NCBI GenBank assembly: GCA_002269645.1
Contig: NIVC01001062.1
Coordinates: 304,647-368,646 of the forward strand
DNA length: 64,000 nt
Reading direction: 5' to 3'
DNA from: Macrostomum lignano
Taxonomy: Eukaryota
A program made the position numbers and the translations under genes. Shown here piece after piece: positions 35,558 through 47,500 of the stretch. The notes beneath the pieces were generated by a model. It did not search any database. It saw only the letters and a program-made list of their open reading frames with translations, and had not been told where the DNA came from. Numbering within the stretch: the first letter of the stretch is position 1; the number at the start of each line of letters is the position of its first letter.

Positions 35558-38500
35558 TCATTTTGGATTGCGATCCAGTCTCGCATTCACACTCAGGTGG
35601 GCATGAGCACGGTCCCATGTGCGCAGCGCAGCATTGTGCCTATTCAGCAGGGATTCCACCGAGTTCAGCCTCATTTCCACCAGGTCAATGGATGCATCGA
35701 ACGCGACTGAAATGACGACAACATTACTCAGTATCAAAACTAACCAGTGCTAAACAGCCCCAAGGTCAACTCACCGTCAGAATCCACATACGACTCGTGT
35801 GTCTCCTGCGCTCTATTCCAGAAGGTGTTCTTGAATCGCTGCAGGATGAATTCCACAATCTGGAAGTCGCGCACTTCGGCGACCTCGCAGTTCTTGGCCA
35901 TCTCGTAGCTTTCATTCAGGACGCTGATGAAGAAGTTGACGATGACGAACGTAAGAAAGGAGACGTAGATCGAGAAGGCTATCTTCGGTAAAAGTCCGTG
36001 GTGAGTGACCGTCTGTATGTCGAACTTGCCCAGCATCGCAGTGAACAAGGTGGACATTGCGCCAGCTGGTGAGTTGAACTGCTGCTGCACTGAGCCAAGC
36101 AGCAGATTCATGAGCAGGCTGAAGGCAACGAAGATCACACAGAAGACGATGCTGAAGGAGCGCATCTGGCTTAGAGAGAGGCGAAGTGTAGCAAGCAGGT
36201 GACTGAGGTTGGTGCTGAACCTGACGAGACCCAGCAGAGACAGCTGAAGCATGAAGGTGCCGGCGCCAAGGCAGTAGTAAAAGTACTGGTTCAGCAGCAG
36301 CAGAGCCCGTAGCTGAGGTCTGCCGCCGTTCACAGCAGCTTCGAGAGTGGCCCCAGTGTTGGCAGTCCGGACTCCGTAGATGATTGCGGTCGCAGTCATG
36401 CTCAGCGCAACGCCAACGTCCAACCAGTTCTCGAAGCTGTTCCAGAAATCTCGAAACTTCCGCAACCGCAAAAGAAGCAGGACCAGCCGAATGAGGACGA
36501 TGATGCCAGTCAGAATCTCTGAGACCAAAGCGAAGACTCCCATGGCACCGATGTACCGATAGAGACGAGTGCTCAGCAGCTGCTGGCTCACCAGAGCTCC
36601 ACCAAACGGTTGCAGCTCAACAGCCAGGGTGACAGAAGTGAACAGGTTAATGTCGGAGTACAGCAGGTCCAAGTCGATGGCCACAAAGCGAGTGTGTCGA
36701 TCCAGCCAGCTCAGGCTCTTCAGCTCATCGATCAGAGCTCGGCTTTGCTCAAGGCTGTCGGGCAGCAGGATCGAGAAGCCACCTCCGCGGTACTCAGCCA
36801 GCCGTCCCGAGTATCCGGCACCGTCGACACGGTTCATGAAGGCTTGGGCAAGAAGCTCGCCATCCGTGAGGTTGCACGGCGTCAGCTCTGTCCAGCCGGG
36901 AGCAAAGCAGCGCGTCTCGTCTTCGTCCCTGTCGCTGACGAGCCCGACGCTGACCGGCTTGCGACGCCGCCGCAGCTGCCGCACGGAGACGCGGCTCAGC
37001 CGATAGCCGCAGCCGTCAGAGATGAGCTTGGATCCGGACTTCGGGAACACGGATGGCAGAAAGCTGTCGTTGAGTGCGCTGTACATTTGATCGACAGTGT
37101 TCGACACAGACTCAATATCAGCATATTTCAAGTGGTTCAGAACGCTCTCGTGCAGCTGGAAAGTCATCGGGTCCAGATTGGTGTAGCAGATGCAGTACTG
37201 CAGGAACAGCAGCAGAATGGCAAGACAGGCGTTCACGGAGCTGCTGATGGCCTCTTTTCTCAGGGGATCCTTCTTGGCCTCGGACTGCAGCTCGTGCAGG
37301 TAGGCGACGCCCTCTGTGGGAGTTTGAAGTCGCACAAGCCATGCAAACGTTTCTGCGCCATGACTAATGTATGCAGAGCATCGCGAATAAATTTAATGAA
37401 TTAAAGGATCAATCAAAACATACATACCCTTTCGAACTACTTTATTGTAGTGAGAGACTCGAACCAACGGAGTATGCTCAAAATCGTAGTCCTTTCGAAA
37501 GATGACGACAAGGATGAACCCAATAACAATTACCTGCAAGTACATTAAGTAGTAATTTAGTTCTACGGTGTCCAATAACAAATGACACCGATCTAGATAG
37601 CTCGTACTAGAGTAAGGTTGTACCGAAATATAAAGTATATAAATGTTTTACTATGTGGATGTACCTTTTTTAAATAGTTTATTGTAGTAGGACACTCGAA
37701 CCAACGGAGTGTTGTCAACATCGTAGTCCTTCCGAAAAAATACAATCATAGCGAATCCAATGATTGCTATCTGCAAACAAACAGTTCGGCGTTAAATGAT
37801 GAATTTCAAAAATTCAGAGGTACCCATAAAATGCATGGAATCAATAAAGCAATTTTTACTTTCAGTGGCTGAACAAACAGTGCTGCTTCAAAGAACGACA
37901 ACGCAAAGGACAGCAGCCACTGCTGCGACTTCTCCTGCCCCCACTGCATCGCGTAGAACACCAGAAACACGCCAGCGCCAACCATGCTGCCGAGAACCAA
38001 AGCCCAGCCGATGTACTGGCACCAGTACGGCAAGGTGAATCGCTTTGGGTGCGAACCGGAACCCTTCTTCACCAGCGGTGTGTTGGCGGGATTCTCTGTG
38101 TAGTTGTTCGCTCGTCCGCTCAATTCCTTGGATGTTCGAAACACTTGCATAGTCTGAAACATTTGGGTAATCCATTAGGTTTGTCTAAAAAAACGGAATG
38201 ACTCTTTAAGTGTCTGACCTCATCATTAAAGTGCTCAGTAGCCAGTGCATCATCAGTATTTTCTTCAATATGCGAAAGAATAACGTCGGAGGGCTCGTCT
38301 TTCTCTGGCTCCGGCTTTCGCTCCGACTTTAGAAAGAATATTGTAACCACAGCAGAAACGGGAATGACTACGAGGCCTCCCATGATGGAGGTGAAGAGAG
38401 TGTTGATTGACAGCTTGATGGGCCCGATGGAGATCGTGTCAGAAGCAGCCTGGCTCTCTTCACCTACGCCGTAGAACATGGCGTTGGCAATCATGGTCAT

Positions 38501-41500
38501 GAACAGCAGGCAGAAGCACACCCCGAAGCGCTGCAGGCGGCTGAAGTTTGTGTCCGTATCGCGCTTGAAGACGGACATCCACAGGTGGTCGTCTTGAAAT
38601 TTGCGCTGCAAGTTGAGCTTCACAAAGCGAGGCTGGAACGCCAGAAGCTCCTTGGTCGCCAGTTTCAGAATCACCGGCGGATCGAAGCCGACAATCGGCT
38701 CCGAGTTGACAAACACGTACCTGGCAATCATGAGCAAACAGTTACGGGCTTCATCGCTGTTTTTCGGATTGCTAAACATTTGACTACTCACGTGGCATTG
38801 TACAGCTGGTCTGTGATGACAATCTTTCTCAGCGTCCATGGAAACACTGGGCGGGTGCCTTCCAGAGTAACACTAAGCTGCATGATGTCGCCCAGATGCT
38901 TTGCGGTTGTCATGGTAAAGTGATCGATGTCTCCTGATCGGAGGTTCTAACATAAACAAAAAATGTGTTAAGAATTCGTTTTTTCCACAGCACTATTTCA
39001 ACAGAATCCAACACGATTCCAATACAATTTTGCTCACCTCGCGAACTCCATCGGAGAGGATCCTGCAGGCTTCTAGGTGGTTTCTTCCGACAATGCTCAA
39101 CAACGGAGTTCCCGTTGTGCTGCAGCCCTCGTACTTGTCGGTGTACACATCCATCAGGTAGCGGAACTGCCGCTGACAGTCGTCAACGAGCGGCAAGTGT
39201 TTGAACTGAAAAATCAAATCGAAAGTCAATCACTTAAGCGAGACAAACAGCGAAACGAAGACTCAACTCACCTTCTCCAAGTCTTTCTTGTCAACGTGGC
39301 GAAGCCACACGGCTATGGGAATGAAGATGATCCACAGCGTGACGACTGTAGCAACCACAGCCGCGCTGTCAGCCAGTTTGCCCTGCCAGTTCTCGAACAG
39401 TGTCCCGAAGTCAATAAGATTCGGCAGAACATTCAGTCCGACACCGAAGCTGCCAAACAAGTTGCTGACGAATCGAGGCTTGCTGGCAACAGAGCTGGGC
39501 TCAGGCCGGCACACATCCTCAGATGGTGTGATCCAGACGTCAAGGCTTGAGTCCCACATGCTGCAGACATACAGAGATAGACCGAACTCGTAGGACAAGA
39601 CTGGGTCTGGGCACGAGGCGGCTGTCACATCTCCGCTGGCGTCTCGATCGCAATCTGCTCGACCCACGGCAATGAAGTAGCTCTCGTTTACCGCTGCCGG
39701 CAGGTAGAAAGAGCCCTGACTCACATTCAGCATGCTGTCGGTGGGTGTTGGCAGGCGTCCGAGCTGCACAGATACCTTCAAGTTCTGCTTTTGGTTTAGT
39801 GGCAAGACCGTCACCTGCAGCAGCCCACTTGTCACATTGACGCTATGATAGAACCTCAGCCAGCGATCTGTGGGAGTCGCATTCACCACTATTCTGGGTC
39901 CTGTTGTAGCAGGAAGAGAGAACTCAAAAAAATCCGTGGTGTCGATGGCTCTTCTAGTCCGACAGCCCTGCTTTCCAATCATAAGAACAGGTGAGCTGAC
40001 ACTGTTTTCGTTCTGCCAGAGATAAGGACTCGGTCGAGAGAACAGAACCTTCACTGACTCGCAGCCAGCAGTGCTGGGCAAGACTACTTCTCCAAAGTTG
40101 GATTGGAAGGTGACGTTCTCAGTCCCACTGCCGTTCAATTTGAGACCTTGAGCTGATAGCGAGTCGTCTGATATTGAGTACGTACTTGACGAGTTTAGCA
40201 GAGTGTCAGTGACGCTATCGATGGCTGCAAGGACCGTCTCCGTTACTCGCTTTACTTTGCTCTGAGCTTCCGTATCATTGTGACTGGATCCGTTCACTGA
40301 CGCAGCAGAAGAGTTCACGGTGCTTTCTGAGGCTACCCAGATGTTTGATCCGGTCGAAACGATGTCTGAAATCGGCGAAAAGTCGAGGAAACGTCATCTG
40401 TTTTGAGTGCAAGCTCTTAAACGAAAATGTCATGCGAGTCTTACCTGGTCCGAGAAAGATCACTGAGTCAGCCTGGATTTTTTCGCCGATGCGGCCAAAG
40501 CTTTGGCTGATTTCTGATAGCTTCTCGGCTGCACTCTCCTGAGTGGGAATAGCAAAAAGTAAGCAATGTTCTGATTACAATTTGTACCATTAGAGCTGCT
40601 GTTTGGTTACCTGAGACTCGACTGTGACCTGATTGATTCTGTCTACAGGGATCGCGTTTTTCAAAGCATAATTCACTTGCTCAAGATCTTCAGGTGTGTC
40701 CACAGAGAAATTAGAAATTATTGAAATCATATTTGCTCTTAGCTGGAAAGAAGTGGCAGTGGAAAGTAATAGTTTTAATGCGGAACATACATTTCAAGGA
40801 ATCAGTTTATTTATGCACAATTTTATGCGATGTCGCACCTCAGTCATTTTGTTGTGAAAAACTGCAGTCTTCTCAGATGTAGCATTTGACCCCTCGGCGT
40901 CCTCGTTCCTAGCGTTCATCACGGATGCCAGGCACACGATGGTGGTGGCAGCCGCCTGCTGGTTTCCACTTCGCAAATGCTTCTCCAAGTCGTCGTTGGA
41001 TCCATCGAAAATTGCGGTCAAGTTTTCAAGCAATACGCTCGCGGGGATCGGAGGTGGATAAACCTATCAAGGGATTAACGACGCCAAAAATTATTGTCAA
41101 AATCCATTATAAGCTACTTGAGTATGGTTTACAGCATCGTCACTTACAAATACGTCAAATACAAAGGCGATCTTATCTCCGATGCTGTCAATAACGTTGA
41201 TGTAAGCGTCAGACCTGAATCCATGCGAGCCAGAGCCAACAGGCAGTAAAACTGGCGGTGAAATGGCTGCTGGTCCATAAAACAACAGAATGGTTCGCCG
41301 AGTTCCCTTTGGTCGAATTCGATATTCGTAGGTGAGTTTATTGGAGGTGACGTTGAACTCCTGCCAGCCCCAGCATGAGATCTGATATTCGGTGATCATC
41401 GCGTAGCCAAATTTCGGCTCGATTGTGCAGTTGCCTCCACTGGCCGGCTTGTTAACAACCAAGATTTTTCCCACTGTGACCGGACCGTCCTGTCCGATGC

Positions 41501-44500
41501 TGGATGCAGACACTTGGATGAGGTACGCCACACCCAGGGTCATTGTGTTGGCTTTTCGAATCAGAGTGTTGTTGGTGAAACCTAAGCAAGAACGGATTTA
41601 GTTTTAGGTTTAAATTTTTCCTTATTCTAAGAACGACGATTCTGTCACAATTTACCCGACTCTGCAACGAGTTCCAGATCGTCAAAATGACTGGCCGTCA
41701 GCTGCTTCATTGCCCAGTCATAGGAAAGGCCCGAAAACTTGGTCCCACAGTGGGCTACGCAGTCTGCCTGGTAGACCAAAGGCGTTGAAGCGCTCACTTT
41801 CTCGGCACAGTTGCTCACGCATCTAAAAAGCAAATCCAGCGCAAGCCAGCAGCAATCAACTTTGGTTTCATTGGTAGGCACCTTGGGTGGCCTTGGGAGT
41901 TCCCTGTCAGCCACACCCTTCCGCTTGTCCTCCAGTGTGCACCATACCCTACTCCCGGTACGTACATCTTAATGTCGGTTTAAATTTGGGAAAAACCGAT
42001 CGGCCAAATTTATACTCGTATACACAGAAGTGCTGAGATATCGAGGCTTACTGGGGAAATTGCTGAGATATTGAGGCTTACTGGGGCATTGCTGAGATGC
42101 CAAGGCTTACTGAGGGAATCGATGAGATCTCAAGGCTTACGGGGGAATTGCAAATATGTCAAGGCTTGGAGGGTTGCAATGATGTTAAGGCAAATAGGAT
42201 ACACATTAGTAATTTTTGTCCCTTGGCTGCCCCAAAGGGAGGCCCAAAATTGCTAGTCAATCAACTTTGATCAATAGTGCTGCTTTATTGCAACACGATT
42301 AAGAAGTAATTTTATAGGCTTTACTCGACCAATAGAGCACTGAACTTACGAAACGCTTAACGATGCTTGTTTTTGAGGCCTGACAAAAATGGTCCAGTTA
42401 GCATTGGCTGTACGCCCGTCCTTGGTCAAAAGTGTTCGAACAATGTAGGTGCAGTTTGGAAGTATGTGAAAAGTGTCAAGAACCGCTGTGGCTAATTCCT
42501 TCTGTTCCATGAAGATTCCAATGCCGTTGCCAAAGCAGCCGGAATACATTTCAAGACCTTGGCTCACAGGAATGCTAATCCGAGTTGCGACATTGTCAGG
42601 AAGTGACGGCAGCTCCGCCTCCTGCAGGCAAATCCAGCGAAACGCCATGCCCGTCAGATTCCCATCCTCAACGTCCCAGTCCCGAGGCGACAGCTCCAGC
42701 ATGACAGTTTCGTTGTAGGCAGCGGAGGCCGGTGTTGACGCATTGTTGAAGCTCAGCGTCAGAGGCGTCTTCGTGATTTTGAGGTAAAACACGAACTCTG
42801 CAGACACTGGAGGCGTCACAGCAAACATGGATAGGTTGAGTACAACCTTGTACAGACCGTACCAGAGTGTGCGGTTCGGCACCTGCAGCAGAAACGAGTT
42901 ACCGAGACTCAGGCTGACTTCAGCTCCGGCTGCATTCAGAACTCTCCAGCGCCAATACGTGTTGCTTGTCTTCGTGCAGTTCAGCTCTGGAAGACCCTCT
43001 ACGACGATCTCCTGGGACCTCATCAGCTGCAGAGGCCTCTCGGGATCCCACTGGGTCAGAATCCGACCAGCATGAGAAAAGTTCAGCTTTGGTTTGTCGC
43101 ACATCCAGTCGAGTATAATTGCGAGAGTTTCGGCCGTGTCGTTGCTGACGTGGTTGAATGCTAGCAGAGAAGCCGAAAAGCCACCAAGACTTGGATAAAC
43201 GTGAGAAAACGAAAAAAACGTGTTGTTGTAACAAATTTCAGTAAAATTGATACCACGAGTAGCAGAGTAGGGCTGACACAAAAATGGAATGCCAAAGCTG
43301 ATCGATGTAGAGTCTCCAAAATCTACGACAAAACAGCTGTTTGTGCCGAATCTGGTGATATTTAAGAAGAAGAAAGTCGCGTTCGATAAGAAGGCCGAAC
43401 CGTTCGTTTTGAAGCTTCCGACTATGACAGCATCGAGCACAATGTCTACAGAGATCGGAAGCGTTTGGAAGGAGACGAGGTTGGAGCAGTTCAGACTGAA
43501 GTTTTGCAATCCCAAGGCAGCTCTGGGAAACGAGTGAGACAAGGCAACGTCCGCACTGAACCCAATCGTGTCGGCGTAGATATAGCTGGAGCCAAATATG
43601 TCCCAACTGAACACGCAATGCACATTACTCAGCGACAGCAGGAAATTCGACAGTCGAAAGTGCACCTCAGCAGGTGTGTACAACACGCTAGAGTTGTACT
43701 CCAGTGTCAGACCTCGAACTCTCTCTTGTACCACCACAAGACCGAGCGGCACCGACTTGTTGCTGACGTCATTCCATACGAACACTCGCGCGGTGAAGTT
43801 GCCGACACTTGGAAACTGCAGCTCAACAGTGCCCAGGTGTCCCAAAGCTGCTATGCGGCCGTCACCGAAGTTGATGCCCACCCGCAGAGCAGATCCGGTA
43901 ACTACCGAGACTGTGAAGTTTCCAGCTTCCGCTTTGACCAGGACCGTGGGACCGGTGAATGTTAGACCACTCACTGCCTCCTGACAACGCACTGTTACAT
44001 TCCGAGCATGCAGAATGGACACCAAATTCCAGCAGGTTACTTGCACTGGCTCCGGTCCTTGAAGGAGACTCCTTGAACACGCGAGCGGCAGCTGAGTTGA
44101 CACTTCTGATATCGAGAGTTGTGTTGCTATGCTTCCGAACACGAAGCTGCAAGTTGCATTTGTTGGTAGTGGCTCAGGGTGACTCAGTGTGGCGCTCACG
44201 TTTGTGACAGACAGCTCCAGGAATGTCGGGGCTTGCACAGTCAGTGACTGGACTGGATTCTGAACTAAAATACCGAGCGTCACGGTCTCAGATCGAGTGT
44301 GATAGTTGGCGGCGAATGCGGTCAGTTGGTAATAGCCTGGTCTGTGGAAGCTCATGTTGAAAACATCTGCAGCTGCCCAGGCAAACAGATGCTGATCTTC
44401 TAAATGTACCGAGCTGCCATTTCCAAAGTCTAGCTGATATGTCACGTGACTACCGGTGTCAACAGAGAAAGTGAGCGAGAAGCTGTGGTTTGTAGCAACG

Positions 44501-47500
44501 ACAGAATCGCTTGTGCTGAAGTGAAAGTTTGTCACGTTCTCCTGCAGAATCCCATAGAAAGAGGCGGTGTGAACGGACAGGCGGTTCCAACAGGTGACAT
44601 TCGCCACTGCGAATGACGCATCGAGTGGGAAAATAATTAATTCGTCGTAGCTAACAGTTGGCCGAAGAGTCGTTGTGATGTTAAGCTGCTGGACTCCAGG
44701 CTGCAACACGGCAGTGCAGAAGATCGGCAGATTTGACACTGCAGTGCCGCGCATCATGTCAAGGCGAAGAGTAGCGTTGAGTGGCGCTGCTGTGGGAACG
44801 TAAACCAGAAGCAGCCTGAGATAGTCGACGAGTTGAGGCGCGACCTCCACAGCTCCGAAGGATTTCCAGTCCCCCGTGCCATTGCCGATCGTGCATTGAA
44901 AGTCAAACAGGCCGACGTCTTCTCCAAATGAAAAAGGAAAGTTCAGTAGAGTGAGCAAGAAAGTTGCTTGTGTGTCCAGCGGCTACCCAGTTCCAGTGCT
45001 GCTTTTGTCCGTTACTGAAGTTGGCAACCAACTGCAGACCTGAGCCTTGATGCCACGATGCAGTCACTTTAAATGTCTCATTGAGTGACAGCAAAGACTT
45101 GGACACTTCGCATGTGGCATTGAGAAGCGGAACTTCAGAGCAGGACAGATTTTCAATGATTGAGGCGCAACCAATGTTGTTGGATAGGTCGCTTTCCGTA
45201 TAAGACGGCCCATAGCTCTCATTGAAAACTGCACACAAACGGGTAATGTCGGGACAGCTTGATGCAGAGACATTGAAGATGTAGCTGCAATTTACGATAC
45301 TGAAATTCGAGAGGCCCTGACGCAGTTGGCCTGGCTGACAGAATGCGGTCTTTGGCATCTCAATCGCATTCAGAGAAAAGCCGGATGTCAAAAACGCAAC
45401 CGGCTCAAAATTTGTTCGTGGTGGTGGAACTTCAGCTACTGGCAGTCCAAGGCTTAGATGCAGTAAGTATGTGACAGTCAGGTGCACTGGGTAGCGATGG
45501 ACCCATGTGCTGTTGCTGACTCTATAGATCACGCTGAGCAGCTCTGTGTCTGTATTCGGACTGCAGTTTCGCGGCAGTTCTGTACACGCTGCGCCGTTCT
45601 CTGGCGAAGCCATGACGAAACTGCCCTTCGGCCCTACAGATGCTCGAGTGCAGACATAGGGAAAAAGTTCGCAAGTGGCCAAGTCAAGATTTGTCTGCGC
45701 ACTCAGCGTGAAGCCAGCGGCCTCGCCAGGATGCACAGAATCTCCAGATGTCAGGTTGGCAGGTAAACTCAAATTTAGCATTAAGCATGAGGAGGAAATG
45801 CAGCTGGTGTTCAAGCTACAGTTGCTGCGGCAGAGAAATAGGACTGGTTCCAGCTGTGGAAGTGAGATCATAATTTTTAATAATTTAAATAATTTATAAT
45901 ATCCCACAAAAGTATGAAATTTATCTCTTACTTGAAAGTTTGCATCCGGCAGGGTCACCGCGGCCACGTGAAGGGGACTGGATGGGCTGAGGATGAGCAC
46001 TGACTCAAAAATCAGAAACTCCTGAGTTGATCGAGTAATCACCGGAGGGCTTATCAGATGAAGTGATGCTGAGACATTCAACTCAGGCTGGCACAGCTTG
46101 TTGAAAGAGACGCAGACTTCGTTGTTGTCCAGCTGGTAGTCGACAAACTCGGAGAAGCTGCCCGGTGCTGCGGACACGCAGACGTTTGAGATCTGGTGGC
46201 AGATGCTTCCGGCAGGCAGCTTTAGTGTTGCTGTGCACAAAACATCGAATGTTTCTCCAAGATAGCGTGCAGCACTGAGGTTTCCGCTGACAGCGATCGC
46301 TGAGCTGGCGGTGGAGTTCAAGTCGCTGACTGATGAATTAAAGCGGGCGGTGAGGTCGAAGTTCGTCATCGGAGACGGAGCGGCCGTCAAGCTTGTGGTG
46401 GCGTTGAGAACACGAATTCTGAAGCTGAACGTCAGGTTGGTCGCGATGTCCCGAACTACTGTCTGGGTAGAGACCAAACTCAGTGAGTTGACTTCGGTGT
46501 CCATCACTGGAAAAGAAAATGAGGTTATGAATCACGCATTCTATCACTTGTAACGAAGCAAAAGCATGCAGCAATTTGTCCTGAGCCACTTACAAAGTTT
46601 GCACAAAGCTTTCCGCATCACGTAGCCAGACTTGCACAAGCACGTCGTATTCAACGGTTCTCCGGGTGACAGACACACCGTGTACTTTGCCAGAGTGCAG
46701 CTTGCATCCGCGAAGCAAGCATCGTTAATATTTTTAGCTGGAAAAAATCGAGATTAGTTGTAGCTCCTTCGATAATTGAACAAGTTAGGGTAGCAAAAAT
46801 CAGACTTACGTAAGTGATAGTAGGATTTTTGAATGATTCTCATTTGAACCTGAGCCCCTGACGCGCTGCTCAACGACCATCTGATGGAGTCGGATCGGTT
46901 TGAGCCGGCGCTCCCTGTGAGCTTCGTGGCGGGACAGTCGCTGCTGAACCACCAGCCGCTGCCACCAGCAGTTGCGCACATCTTTGCGGTGCCGAAGTCG
47001 AACGTAGAGAAGGTCGACATGTTCTGAGCTTCGAACAGCTGCCCGTCACCGAAGTCGGAGGTACAGTCTTCCAACCGGAGCTGAAAGTCCAGAAACGACG
47101 GTGCCACTTTGACCTCCCGGCACTCCACATATCGAAAGCTTCCGTCGGAGATCCACGCGTCGATCCGCATGGAGAAGTTGACCATGAGTGTCAGATCGCT
47201 GAGTGACTGCAGCCCGATCCAAACGAGGTTGTCCATCTCGAAGCCAGCCTGATACTGAGCTATAGAGAAGTTCATCGAGCTGTTCAGGTTGAAGTTTTGA
47301 TAAATGATCATCCAGTCGTGGTAGCAGTTGATTTTCTTGCTGTCAATGGCGGTCTCACTGCGACCCACGCATGTCGGTACTGGGAAAAGCATGTTCAAAT
47401 TTAGTTAGCACTTTCCCACTTCTGACACAAAGCAGTTTTGTAAAATATAATGACTAATATATATGCAGACAACTCACCCTGCAGCACGCTTTCAAATAGT

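Noticed and set aside
35740-35775. ORF-track stop of the channel ORF (…ELTLGLFSTG*)
   Set aside because: A donor at 35774 and a phase-compatible coiled-coil exon at 35706-35558 give a better C-terminus.
38120-38220. Apparent frameshift between ORFs 38839-38120 and 38162-37806
   Set aside because: Explained by a normal 64-nt phase-0 GT-AG intron (GAG|GTCAGA ... TTTCAG|ACT).
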